DNA from: Octopus vulgaris
Lineage: Eukaryota
Direction: 5' to 3'
Length of the DNA stretch: 64,000 bases
NCBI GenBank assembly: GCA_951406725.2
Contig: OX597822.1
Span: forward strand, 69,874,001-69,938,000
A program made the translations under genes and the position numbers. The notes below the pieces were generated by a model. That model made no database searches. It saw only the letters and a list, made by a program, of their open reading frames with translations, and had not been told where the DNA came from. Of this stretch, positions 24,980 to 38,503 are shown piece by piece; positions within the stretch are counted from its first letter, which is position 1; every line of letters begins with the position of its first letter.

Positions 24980-27900
24980 CAAAGTTATTTATCTACCATC
25001 AATCACTACAGTATACACATTCCTTTAAGGTACACAAATACACATTCCTTTACACTGTGTACATATATACACTTACTCTACACATGTTTTTAATAACCCA
25101 GGCAAACAACATGTCGAATATCCAGACTCTGCATGTTCTTCAGTTATACATACACACACACACATATATATACACACATACATACATATGTAATGAATGT
25201 ATGTAATCATACAAAAGCACACACATACATATACAGAAATATATATCTCTGTAGACACAGGCAAACATGTATATCTATACACACAGACAATCAAAAATCC
25301 CATCTACACTTCATCCATTTCAAAGGCACTGTCTAACTTTATAAGGAAAACTTGACAACCATTTAAACTTTGCAGAGATGGTATCAGACTGTCATGTCTG
25401 TAACCTTTAATGTCTCTTTTCAAACGTCTCATGATACCTGCCAGTCTTCACCACCTACGTTCACCAACACCATCCTCTGCTAGATACTTAGTGGGGAGGA
25501 GAATCTCGTTACATATATTTTTGTTATTTACTCTTACAGCTATTGAGGAATTATCATCGATCTATCGTGTGCGGCATTATTACAGCACTTCAGTGTTGTA
25601 GTAAGAGCCACTGCTAACCTTGTCTTGTTTCCATCTTGTCTCATTCATAACTTCATTGTGATGCCATTTACTTAATATCAGACAATACACTGCTGTTAGA
25701 ACGATGATATCATCTCTGACGGATTTGTTTATCTGTTGCGGTTTTAAAACCGACATATAGCCAGGGTGAGGTACTGACTGCTAAAAAAGCTGTGCATGGA
25801 TTGTTGACGAGAGGGATTTTTTGGGGGGAGGGTGATCTAGATTTTTGTTAGGGTATGTCTAGAGTAATGATACAGGTGGGAAGTTGAGATTTACTCATTC
25901 AGGATAATACTTTTTTTTTTTACTTGTTTCAGTTACTGAAGTGTGGCCATGCTGGAATAAAAACCATCTTGAAGGTTTTTAGTTGAATAAATCAACACCC
26001 TTGCTTATGTTTTTTTAATGTCTGTTACTTATTCCATCAATCCCTTTTGCTGAACCTCTAAGTTTTGGGAATGTAAAACAAACCAGCATTAGTTATCAAG
26101 CAATGATGGGGTGGTAAACAGACACAATGACACACTCACAAGGCATTGGTCAGCCCGGTGATGTAGAAGACACTTGCCCAAGGTGCCATGCATTGAGACT
26201 GAACCTGAAACCACTGGTTGCAAAACAAGCTTCTTAACTACACAGCCATGTCGATTAAAGCTAATTTGAGCAAACTCCTTATTTCATAGTTCTATCCAAA
26301 TTACGTCTCTGAGATATTTACTGTCAAGTCAAGATAAGGAAATATGCTAATTAAGGCATTTCCCTGAATCCAGTAGAGTTCTAGTTGTAAGAATTTTTCA
26401 ACTCAGCAGAGCATGGACATAAAATTCTTAATTATAGTCTTGCTTGTTTAGCTCCAGATTAATCCTGATCAAAGGCATTCCAGCCATGATCATCTTGACT
26501 TTATATATATATATATATATATCAAGGACTACAGAGTCCAATGTGGTCCTCTCGTGTAGGCAGGTGTGATTTGAGGTGAGTTTGTTTACTATTACTAGTA
26601 TGTTGATCATTTACATGAGGGCTCTTTGCAGAAAAATAGACTAAGTCAATAAGAATTCAGCATCGTATCAGTTACATATTAGCATCAGCAGGATACAAAC
26701 TACCAATAATTATTTTGTAAGGCCAACATCATACTCATTCAAATATGAGGACCTCTTTTCTTAATCCTTTTGATACCAACCCTTCTAAGATTGCCCTTGA
26801 CTGCCTGTTTTAAGGTAATCTAAATTAAAAACCACTCATCAAAATTTCAATGCCAGCTTAATAATCATTTCAAATTTTGGCATAAAACCAGCAATTTTAG
26901 GGTTATAGGATTAGTCAATAGCATCGACCTAGTATTTGACCAGCACTTTATTTTGTTAACTCTGAAAGGCAAAGATGACCTCAGAATGTAAAGAACTGGA
27001 AGAAATGTTGCTAAACATTTTATCCAACACACTAATGATTCTTATTTCTTTATTGCCCACAAGGGGCTAAACAAGGACAAACGGATTAAGTCGATTACAT
27101 CAACCCCAGTGAGTAACTGGTACTTAATTTATCCACCCCGAAAGGATGAAAGGCAAAGTCGACCTCGGCGGAATTTGAACTCAGAACATAACAGCAGACG
27201 AAATACCGCTAAGCATTTCGCCCAGCTCACCGCCTTAAACACACTAATGACTCTGCCAGTTTGCTACCTGAATGCCAGCCTAATAATTTTCAAAATTAAT
27301 TAAATGAAGGGAGTATATTTTATTAGAAATATGCTAATAAGAGAGTTAAGTAAGGAAGGGGAGTAAATTTATTTTTTCCAGCAGATCATGTACTTAACAG
27401 AATTGTAAGTTAAATTATGTCAAACTAAAAATAAAGTTAATTTGGAAGAATTAAAGATTTTCTGATTTTAAAGAAAATTTGATATGATGAACTATGTTTG
27501 AGAGCAATTATAGATCTGAATGTTCACTTCCTTTTCAATTTGCTTCAATATCATGTTAAATAAAGGGGAATAAGACAAGGTTAACACTTTTTTTTCGTTT
27601 TTGACTTTCCATGAAAAAAAAAAAAAAATATAAATTCAGTCTTCCTGAAATTAGGAGGTCCAGCTTCTAAATATTTCATCAGTCCAACAACACCCATCCT
27701 TGAAAGTAAACTGCTGTTTTGAAGAAGAAAAAGTTTTTTTTGTGTATTTATATGTATATATGTTTGTGTATGTCTGTATACATATATATATGTATGTCTG
27801 TATACATATTTGTATAGGTATGTATACATGCGTGTATTTATGTATATGTATGGTGATGTATGTATGTATATATAGCAAACATGGATAATTTTTGCTCTTC

Positions 27901-28571
27901 TCTTCTGAATCTCAAGTCTTTTTATATTGCTCATTTGTACACATTTCCAACATGTGCTAAACTTACCAATAACACTCATTTAGTAGACATTTCATTTCAA
28001 TTGTTACTTCCAAAACGTTACCTATCTTATCCTCAAACCATTTCACTCGTCAAATCCTACAGTTCTCTGCTTATTACCTCCCACCGAGAACTCTAAGGTC
28101 GACGTTCTCATCCAACACATACATACTTAACACATCTATATTGTTCCTAAACGATTGAAAGAAAAAAAGATTAAAATTTTAAAATGGAGTCAAAACATTT
28201 TCTATATTGCACTTGAGAAATATGAGATACCTCCACATGGGTCATGTGTTAAATATTGCAGCTACTACGAAATACAGATGTCACATAATCAAAATATCTA
28301 TCAAAAGCTATTTGGTCAGTTTTGACAAATCATTATGTTCTGATGAACCCCTTGTTTCCAACTGTTTATATAAATAATGTCTCTAGGTTATGGCTGTGAC
28401 AGCATGATAATGCTTCCAAAATGATCTAAACTTCCTTGCCTCTCTTTATTTTTACCTTTATTTTCCATGTCTTTGTTTCATGCAGAGACATTCATGTAGA
28501 TGTATTTGTTTTTTGATTAGAATTTTTTTTTTTTAAACTTAAAATAAGCTATGTCATTTGAGCTGAAATTA

Positions 28572-28577
28572 AATAAA
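28572..28577 (+). terminator. Candidate polyadenylation signal for FUT10/11
   Basis: AATAAA after a T-rich, UTR-like stretch and followed by T-rich sequence; no transcript evidence. Confidence 0.35.
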
Positions 28578-28717
28578 ATTTCTTTGTTAAACTACATTCT
28601 CTGTTATCTTTTACTTGTTTCAGTCATTTGACTGCGGCCATGCTGGAGCACCTTTAAAAAAAAGCAGGGATGTGCATTCACAAAATAAATTCACACAACA
28701 AAAAAATATAATCTGGA

Positions 28718-28723
28718 TTTATT
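28718..28723 (-). terminator. Candidate polyadenylation signal on the minus strand (distal piwi 3' end?)
   Basis: Minus strand AATAAA followed by tccagattatattttttgttgtgtgaatttattttgtg (U/GU-rich downstream element). Confidence 0.4.
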
Positions 28724-30265
28724 GTGAAAATATATACAGTTATTTAAGTGAAGGATGCAAAAAAAAATAATAAAATAAAAAGGGGAGTAGATTTGTACAA
28801 GGAATCAGCATTTCCAATATAATAATTCAAATTAGTAAAAGTTTTATTTACAATTTTCAATCAATTTGACAAATGAGTTTTGTAATGGGGGGGATGTACA
28901 AAACAATAAGAATCTGAGTAACTTTCCCAGCTCCGTCATGTTCATGAGATGTCACAAACAACCAAATTGGTCAATTCAGTTATATATGTGCTTCTTGCAC
29001 CAAGTTAGCCCTACAAGTAATTTTTGGTACCAACTAAAATGCTGGCGCATTTTACAAAAGATTTAAGGCAATATGTTTCTTTTTCTTTAATCTCTCTTAA
29101 AATCAGTTTTATTTGAAAAAAAGAAAAAAAAAAATTTTAAACCAAATTTAATTGGTTAAGCATTTACCTACTCTACAATGAATGAATAACTTATGCTTAG
29201 CCAATGAATTAGTAACTGAAGTACCACCAGCATTGTCTTGGAGGATGCTATAAATTTTTTTGAATTTACAACATTAGCCAGTAATAGTTATGGAATATTT
29301 ACAAAATGAAAGTGAAGTTATCACAAAATGTGACTGTGATGCAATGACTGCAAAGTAGAAAAACTTAGGATAAGTCTACCAAAAGGTTTAACAGTGAAGT
29401 TGTAAAACCAACTAGCATTAACTTTAAATGCTCCTGCCCAGAGAGCAATACAAAGTAGTAATAATGATGATAATAATAAACAAAAATTTAACAAACTTCA
29501 AAGCTTCAACATGTTTTTTTTAGTCTGTTCAACATAACAGCCAAATCTTCCTTTAAAAAAAAACTTCTCTTAAACCTCTTCGCCCCCCTCACCTAGTTTG
29601 TGATTACCTCTAATGTTTAAATTAAAATTAATAATCTTAATGAAGTTCTTATAACACGAGAGGTAACACGAGATTTTAAGAGGTAAATATCTGTCTCAAG
29701 CATAAATTAAATAAAAGAATCTATTACTGCTTAAAATATGGTAACAAATTAGAATGGATATAACATGTCTTGCAATGAAAACAGTTGCGCCCAGAGTTAA
29801 TTAAATGTCATATATCCCTTGGTCAACTATTTATTTCCTCTAGATTCAGTTAATTTTTGCAACCTAACATTTTTAGTTTTTATCTTTATCACTAACTGTA
29901 TAATAATGTAGATCTTAGCATGTTTAATAACAAGACCATCAGTTATCAACAGTGGCTCCTAGGGCCACATACAGTCCCCAACAGTCTTCCTTTTATAAAT
30001 ATTTTCTCTTTGTGTTTTACTTTTTTTGGTGTGGGCCCCTAAAAAAATTGGTCATAGAAGGATTCAAATTCAGAATAATGAGAAAACAAAACTTTAGAAA
30101 GCCTTCTTACCACTAGCATACCATCATGGCTTATTTCTTTTTGATGAAGGTACATAACCTCTGATTTGTAGGATGAGAGGAACTGAGGTTGTACGATATT
30201 CATATATTTGTGAGGAACATTAGAGAGACATGTGAAAAAGAGGTGCAGTACTTACATACACTTTT

Positions 30266-30610
30266 CATTTTACTCTTTTACTTGTCATGTGACTGTGCCC
30301 ATGTTGGAGCACTGCCTTTAGTCGAGCAAATCGACCCCAGGACTTATTCTTTGTAAGCCTAGTGCTTATTCTATCGGTCTCTTTTGCCGAACCGCTAAGT
30401 TACAGAGACGTAAACACACCAGCATCAGTTGTCAAGTGATGTTGCGGGGACAAACTCAGACACGCACCTACCTGCCAAATCCACTCACAAGGCTTTGGTC
30501 GGCCCGAGGCTATAGTAGAAGACACTTGCCCAAGGTGCCGCGCAGTGGGACTGAACCCGGAACCATGTGGTTTGTAAGCAAGCTACTTATCACACAGCCA
30601 CTCCTACACC
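30266..30610 (-). mobile_element. SINE family A copy
   Basis: Reverse complement of the 40991-41441 family, internally deleted. Confidence 0.8.
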
Positions 30611-30825
30611 TATATTGAATAGGTTATTAACAAGTCACTGGAAATTGCTATTATATACTATGGCATGCAATTTAATAATAATACTGGCTTCAATTTTTGG
30701 CACAAGGCCAGCAATTTCAGGAGAAGGGGTAAGTCAATTACATCAACCCCACCCCACCCCCTTCCCCAAGAGTTCAGTCAGTACTTATTTTACTGACCCT
30801 GCGGAATCTGAACTCAGAGCATAAA

Positions 30826-31218
30826 CATTATTTACATTTGACGGATATTTGTCCTCATCTTGTTTGTTGTTAACACGTTTCAGCTGATATACCCCTCCAG
30901 CCTTCATCATGTCTTGGGGAAATTTCAAATCTGGGTTCTCGTAACTATAGTATTTTTCGATATTATTATTCAGGTCACTGCCTGGAATTGAACTCAGAAT
31001 CTTGGGGTTAGTAGCCCACGCTCTAAACCACTACGCCAACATTGAAAAATACTATAGGAATGAGAACCCAGGTTCGAAATTTCGCCAGAACACCTGAAGA
31101 AGGCGGGAGAGTACATCAGCCGAAACATTGTGTTAACAATGAACAAGATGAGGACAAATATCCATCAAATGTAAATAATGTACATAATTCCTCATCTCTT
31201 AAATATAGAATTGTATTG
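30826..31218. mobile_element. Inverted dimer of the tRNA-head/hammerhead element (copy B on -, 30826-31040; 5'-truncated copy C on +, 31040-31218)
   Basis: 12-bp TSD TCAGAGCATAAA (30814-30825 and 31219-31230) flanks the pair, which is inserted in a family B SINE; homologous to 23919-24169. Confidence 0.85.
31089..31134 (+). ncRNA. Minimal type I hammerhead ribozyme motif (best-preserved copy)
   Basis: AACAC (stem I) CTGAAGA A GGCGGG-agagtaca-TCAGCC (stem II) GAAA CA TT GTGTT (stem I'); copies A and B give GGCTGG and copy B gives GAAACG, so the consensus is perfectly paired. Confidence 0.65.
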
Positions 31219-31366
31219 TCAGAGCATAAAGTAGTAAGAGATACCGCAAAGCGGTGGGCTAACACACAGTCTTATTAATTAATAATAATTTCTAATTTTA
31301 GCATAGGGCCAGCAATTTTGAAGAGAGGGGATGTCAATTATATCCACCCCAGTGCTGAACTAGTAC

Positions 31367-31650
31367 TCGGAATCTAAAAACAGAAACAATTCCTATCATA
31401 GTAGGCGTATTAGGTATGATAAAAAAATATTCAGACAAATACATAACAAAAACACCAGGACTTACAAATATATATAACACACAGAAAATAGCACTACTGG
31501 GTACTGCACACATCCTATGCAAAACACTTTCAATACAGTAACCACAAAAGCATCACAACAAACCACAGCACATACCCAAGGCACAGAGAGCTGTGCTCAG
31601 TAGTGAAGTGAAAGCACACTATAAAAATAAAACTACTGAATAATAATAAT
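31367..31650 (+). mobile_element. 3' end of an R4/Dong-like (restriction-like endonuclease) non-LTR retrotransposon
   Basis: NLKTETIPIIVGVLGMIKK...QKIALLGTAHILCKTLSIQ*, short 3' UTR, (TAA)n tail. Confidence 0.75.
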
Positions 31651-33794
31651 CCTTTCTACTATAGGCACAAGGCCTGACATTTGAGGGGAGAGGGATGGTC
31701 ATCAAATCAACCCCATTGCTTGACTGGTACTTTATTCACCCAAAAGGATAAAAGAACAGAATTTGAACTCAGGACATAAATATGGATGAAATTCCACAAA
31801 GCATTTTGCCTGGTGTGCTAACAATTCTGTCAGCTTGCTGCCTTTGATGATGACTTCAAATTTTGACACAAAGCCAGTAATTTCGGGGAAGGGGGCAAGT
31901 CAATTACTTTGACACACACCCCTCGTACTCAACTGGTACTTATTTTATCAACCCCGAAGGATGAAAGGCAAAGTCAACCACGGCAAAATCTGAACTCAGA
32001 ACGTAAAGACAGATGAAATGCAAATGCTTTTCACCCAGCATGATAACAATTCTGCCAGCTCAACACCGTCAGTATTATTATTATTATAATCCTACACAAG
32101 ACACTATCAATCCAATAATACAACCTAAACAAAACACCCACAAATACAAGACACTCTATACAGCATTTATCCAGTGAAATAAACTTCCACCAGCAAGCCA
32201 AAAAACCAAAGTATTACACACTCAACACACAAGCAGTGACACAACAAAAGACAGCACCACACCGTAAGGAAAAAAAAAACTAATACAGTACGGGAAGACT
32301 TTGCACACTCCCAACAGTAGAAAACATCGCACAATGCTGCACACACCCCAGCAACACGGAGGTGTAGCAAGTTATGCAGTAGAAATTTGCCTCAATCTAC
32401 CTAATATTGAACAGTTATATAGTAATAATGCATATCTACAAGAGATAGAGTCAATAGAATGAGCCCTACAACTTCACTGATACTTCTGGCATCTATTTAA
32501 CAATTCCAAGGAGATGGAAAGTAAAAAATGAGCCACCAGTAATATCTGAACTCAAAATGCAAAAACATTACACACTAGGCATGACTGTGTCGTTAAGAAG
32601 CATGCTTTATAACCATGAGGTTTCTGGTTCAGTTCCACTGTGAAGCATCTTGGGCGAGCATCTTCTACAATAGCCCTGGGTCAACCAATGCCTTGTGAGT
32701 TAACTTGGTGGACAGAAACCGTGTTTGTGTCTGTCTCCCACCACTGCTTGACAATAGTTATTGATTTGTTTACATACCTGTAACTTAGCAGTTTGGCAAA
32801 AGAGATTAATAGAATAAGTGCCAGACTTAAAAATTAAGTAGAGGTGGCATGCAATTTGTTTGACCAAATCTTTCAAGGTGGTGCCTCAGCACAGCCACAG
32901 ATCAATGACTGAAAGAAAAGGATAAGATAAAGCAAGCAAAAATAACGGTAGCACAATAGAGGCAACTACCATGAACTGTGACAAACCATTATACTGGCAG
33001 TGCAACCAACCAGTACATTGCCCAGTCCAGTGCTACTCAAAATGATGGTTTACGGACCGGCACCAGTACGTGGCAAAAATCCAGTTTGACTGGAGAAAAG
33101 GAGGCCCAGACAAAAGGTGAAGAAAGATTGCTAGATTGACCAAAAGTTGCATGCACCATTTTGTTCTCTTACATCGCTGTTTCACCGCATGTGCATGACA
33201 CCCACCTCCACTCCCTGTAAATATACAATATTTACGCCACATCTTGTTACTAGAAAGAATAGATACAGACACAGATGCTGTTGCGATAGTCATCTGGTGA
33301 TAAGATGGGCAGTGAAGTCAAGTATAACTGCGATTCTTAATAGCGACAACAAAGCTTCAATGGACAATCCAGAGTCCAGCAACAGCAATATGAGGGATTA
33401 TCATTGCTATTACTACTACTACTACTATTACAATGACTTCTGCTACTGTAGAGATCTAGACAATATACATTGCCTTAGTTACATCGCTGTACATCGTGAA
33501 TTCAAACCCAACAAGTTACATACATGAGTGAAAGAAATGGAACACGAAGTGAGCCACAACTAGTTTGTATGTAGATACATGAACAAAGTGGTGAAACATT
33601 ACATACATGGACACAACAGAGGTGGGTCATGCAACCAGTTACATGTAGGAAAAAGAACCAGCTAACCCAGCAAACATTTTACACACGTGGCTAACACTAA
33701 TACTGAAGAAAATTCAATACAAAAGTGAACCTCATAAATGGTAGCATTGTTTGTCAGAAGGAAATCAATTTTGGGAATAATATATACTAGGTGT

Positions 33795-34400
33795 GGGTGA
33801 GGATGTTGTGAGGTTAAGAAACTTGCTTCCCAATTACATGGTTTTCGGTTCAGTCCTGCTACATGGCATTAAGAGCAAGTGTTTTCTGCTACAGTCCCTG
33901 GCCGATCAAAGCCTTGTGATTGGATTTTGTAGACAGGAACTGAAAGAAGCCCACCATGTGTGTATGTGTGTGCGCGTGCGTGTGTACCTTTGTTTAGACA
34001 TATTGTGGTTGTTGAAAATGAACATCATCGTCATACAAGCAATGCTGTTTGTTTCCGCTCTTCCATCAGTCCTACTACATGGCATCAAGAGCAAGTGTTT
34101 TCTACTACATTCTCTGATTGATCAAAACCTTGTGATTGGATTTGGTAGACAAGAACAGAAAGAAGCCCACTGTGTGTGTGTGTACCTTTGTTTAGACATA
34201 TTGTGATTGCTGAAAATGAGCATCATCATACAAATGATGCCGATTGTTTCCACTCTTCTATGAAAAACATGTCTAACCACAAGAAAATACTATCTTGCTT
34301 GGAAACAGGTGAAGGCTGGCAATAGCAAGGGCATAGAAAATCTGTCTCAACAAATTCCATCTGATCCATGCAAGCATAGAAAGGTGATTGTTAAAAATGA
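33795..34400 (+). mobile_element. Family A-related SINE with ~215-bp internal tandem duplication
   Basis: 'tcagtcct(g/a)ctacatggcat(t/c)aagagcaagtgttttct...gtgtacctttgtttagacatattgtg' at ~33850 and ~34066. Confidence 0.7.
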
Positions 34401-35104
34401 AAAAGAGAAATAACATCATCATGATGGTGATGTATTCATATCAAAAGGAGATGATCAGAGAAACTGGAAAATATGGTCTGTGGAATATGATAGGGAGGTT
34501 TTTTTTTTTTTAAACTTGCTAAAAATGTAACTTTGTAACCTCATTGCTATCGTAACTGGATTTAGTCAATTAAATGCTAAAATGAGAAATTAAAGAGGTT
34601 AAACCCTACAGAGGTGGGAAGTTAGGGACCAACTTTGCCTTTCATCCTTCCAAAGTTAATAAAATAAGAATCAGTCAAATATTGAAGATGAAGAGATGAG
34701 GGGTGGTGGGGGTGATCGATTAAATTGATTATAGCTCTCCTCTTCTGCCTCCTCCTAAAAATGAATACTTGAGCCTAGATTAGAAATAAATAATACCTTG
34801 AAAGATGGATACGGTTCAACTTTGCTCAGTCCACTACTTTTATGCAGTCAATTTAATTAGCTTTTACCATTTACATTCTGAACATTTGGCATTAAGAACT
34901 GGATTGCCAATGAATCAGAAATTTTACTAAAATAGTTTAATCTGGTGAAATGCTGAAAGTTTATTAAATAATTATGCCTTGCATAATTAAAAAAAATTGT
35001 TTCTTCAATGTTTCATTCAAATTTTACGCTAATATTTCTTAACTTTAACTTTCAATTAAAAGTTGGCCACAATATTTATTTAAATGCTATATTCATAAAG
35101 TGGA

Positions 35105-35450
35105 AATGTAAGTATATGTGTGTGTGACAGACAGACAGATATAGAAAGAAAGAAAAATACAGACACAAAAAAAAAAAAAGGGACAGACAAATAGAGAGAA
35201 ATCTAGAAAAAAAGGGACAGAGTGACATAGAGAAACATAAAAAAACAAAGACATATAGAAAGAAAAATGTGAAGCAGATATTGAGAAAAAAGGACAGACA
35301 TGCATAAAGGAAAAGCACAAGACAGATAGAGAGAGAAAAAGAGAGATAGCATATAGAGAGAAAAGAGAAAGTCAGAGAGGAAAACAGAAAAAGAGGGAAA
35401 GTTGGATAAGAAAACATATAGAGAGAAAAGAAATATAGACAGCTTGACAG
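35105..35450. repeat. GA-rich low-complexity tract
   Basis: Seen directly. Confidence 0.8.
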
Positions 35451-36189
35451 GAGATGCTTAAAACTAGCCTAAATATGTTGGGTTTTAACTTTACCACTTG
35501 TCTTTATCAAATGCCAAAACAAACTTTACATCTCTATAAAATAAAAGATGATCTAAACAAACACAAAATATATTAAAACTACTTCTAATTACGAAATAAG
35601 AAAACAAAATCATAAAAATATAATAGCTTTAATCATGCCCTAAGACAATGCCAGTCAAGCCCTGTGTTTTGGGGATACCTCAGGAATGGATGAAGAACAA
35701 AATAAGTCCAAACTCGATTAATGGAGTTTGTTTCCAGCCTTCCCAAATGAAGCATTCCTGTAAATAAAATACAGCCTTCTTTCATATTTTTAAAAGTCTC
35801 TTTAACTCTTTACATTGTCCCAGTATTCTTTGGTCAGCTAAAATGCATTGGCATTAGCAAAATATATGAAGAAAATAATGTCCAAGATTTTACAAACAGT
35901 CTTTTACAATAGCCAAAAGATTTTGTACAAACCCCTTGGCTACCATTGTAAAAATAAAGACAACTGCTTTTAAATGGTAATAAAAAAAAAAAAAAAAAGG
36001 TAAAGGTTCTAAAATTCTGCAGCTGTTGACTTTCTGTAGCTGAAGACATTCTTTGATGAAAATGCTCTCAAGATGATATCAGACATTAAAAGCACAAACA
36101 TGAGACTAGTAAAAAAAAAAAACAACTCCAAAACAGGATCCATGGCTGGAGACAAACCTTGTGTGTGTCATTTGCTGAATGATGGCTTT

Positions 36190-36276
36190 TTACAAAAAAT
36201 AGAGTCTATCTGCCAGACTGTGAGATGGCTCTTTATGAATGTTCTGACCAACAAGGTAAGCCAATTTATGAGCATA
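36190..36276 (-). CDS. PIWIL2: PIWI-clade Argonaute, terminal coding exon
   Basis: [28 protein letters not shown]; catalytic His; tgcag| acceptor; not in the ORF track. Confidence 0.96.
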   Translation of the reverse strand, partial: YAHKLAYLVGQNIHKEPSHSLADRLYFL

Positions 36277-36423
36277 CTGCAAAAGAATGAAATAGAAATT
36301 ATGATTAATACCCAAATATACACAATTCTTGGAGATATTTCAAGGAAATATAAGTGATTAGCTTTTCTTCAATTCGGTGGTTGATAATAAATCAATGCTA
36401 CATCAACTTTACTCTCTCTCTTT

Positions 36424-36789
36424 CTCTTTTACTTGTTTCAGTCATTTGACTGCGGCCATGCTGGAGCACCGCCTTTAATTGAGCAACTCGACCCCGGGAC
36501 TTATTCTTTTGTAAGCCCAGTACTTATTCTATTGGTCTCTTTTGCCGAACCGCTAAGTAATGGGGACATAAACACACCAACATCGGTTGTCAAGCAATGC
36601 TAGGGGGACAAACACAAACACACATATATACGACGGGCTTCTTTCAGTTTCCGTCTACCAAATCCACTCACAAGGCTTTGGTCGGCCCGAGGCTATAGTA
36701 GAAAACACTTGCCCAAGATGCCACGCAGTGGGACTGAACCCAGAACCATGTGGTTGGTAAACAAGCTACTTACCACACAGCCACTCCTG
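36424..36789 (-). mobile_element. SINE family A, full-length, well-preserved copy
   Basis: Near-colinear reverse complement of 40991-41441. Confidence 0.85.
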
Positions 36790-38189
36790 AACCTATCTCA
36801 GTTATTTCCAGTTTTTTTTTTTATATGGGTTTCAAGGTACAGTGTGGCTGTGTGGGAAGAAGTTGGCTTCCCAACCACATGGTTTCAGGGTCACACCCAC
36901 TGCATGGCAAGTGTCATCTATAGTTTCTGGTCAATCAAAGCCTTGCGAATGGATTTATAAGATGGAAACTGTAAGAAACTTGTATGTATGTGCACGTTTG
37001 CTCTGCTGTTTCCTTGTATTGACATTACATGATAGTAATAAACATGTGCCACCATCATGCAAGCAGTATCCTATGTTTCAAATCTTCCATAAAAACATGT
37101 CTGGTCATGGGGAAATATTACTTTGGAAATAGTGATGCTCATTTACAACCATCGCATGATACTAAGACAAGGGTATACATAAACACACACATATCAACAT
37201 TTAATGCCCATTTTCTATGCTGGCATAGGTTGAACAGTTTGACAGAAGCTGGTAAGCCTGAGAGATGCACCAAACTCCAGTTGTCTGTTTTGAAAAGGTT
37301 TCTGCAGCAGAATGCCCCACCTGATGCCAACCATTCTACGGAGTGTACCAGGTGCTTTTTATGTAGTACCAGCACATACACACACATGCATAACAGGCTT
37401 CTTCCAGTTTCTGGCTGCCAAAGCTACGCTGAACACATGGTTAAGAAGCAAGATTCCTAACTGTACAGCCACAAGTATACACCTCCATATAAACAATTAA
37501 GGCAAAATACTGTTTAATACCTACAAATTAAAACAGTTAACTAGTATGGGATATTATAAACAGTTCCAAATCTTAAATTATGTCTTCTTCCATGGGTGTA
37601 ACTGCTAACAACTGCACTATTTCTCCCAAAGAATTATTGATACAAATTACAAGTCTATGCTAATGAATTAATCCCCTCTTACATATATCAACCAATGCTT
37701 TATCTTCTGTACCAAGAGCAAGTGGGCTGAGCTGGACTTGGAGTGATGGACATATTGTCCATCACTCTTTCGATAATATGTAAAAATAGGAAATCAATGC
37801 TGCATGTTCTACACTGCAGAAATATAGAATCAAGGTAACCTTAGGTCAAAATTGGCATAGTTCACATCTAACTTAATTACACCACCTGATGGAATATATT
37901 AAGTCATTTTAAAGTCAAATTTTGTGGTACCATGGCTCACTCAAGCAGAGTGTTGTTATCAACTGAAATGCATCAAGGTATGGTATTCCTTGAAGAAATT
38001 TGTTTGGACATCGTTTAAAGAACTTAATAATGGAAAAACAGTTATTTTGCTAAAGCCTTCCAAATTGCTGATCATTTCTAATATCAATTAAAATACATAG
38101 AGAGTGTATTGTGTTAGAAGTACAACCACAGAAGTGGTTTTAATGAAATCAATAAGAAAAATAAAACATTTCTAAACAAAGAGATTAGA

Positions 38190-38503
38190 CCATCACATGG
38201 TCCAGTCCTGTGGCAGTGGTGGCTTGTATGCCTCAATGATCTCAAAAGCTATGCCAGTGATGTGCAAGCTCAAGAGCTGGAAAGGTCAAAGGATACAGGC
38301 CACACTAGTATGAACCACTTCTTCCAAGATGGATTTGCATAGGACCAACATCCCTTCCGAGTAAAAAAAAAAGGCAAAGTTACAGAAGCATCATTGACAA
38401 TTCAAAACCAGCAAGTCTTTGGAGAGCAAAAGACAGCCCAGGGTTGAGAATAACAGAGAGAAGTCACTGATGGCCTGTGCTCCATAGAGAGCAGTGGGCT
38501 TAA
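38190..38503 (+). mobile_element. Possible internally deleted RTE-type element
   Basis: 5' part resembles RTE 5' UTRs and it ends 'tggcctgtgctcca...ggcttaa'; recognised from memory, degenerate. Confidence 0.35.

Noticed and set aside
28340-28370. CTGATGA motif
   Set aside because: No stem II/GAAA arrangement follows; chance match
33033-33527. 126-aa and 86-aa ORFs between the genes
   Set aside because: Low complexity, partly (TAC)n and MITE-like fragments, with no splice or homology support
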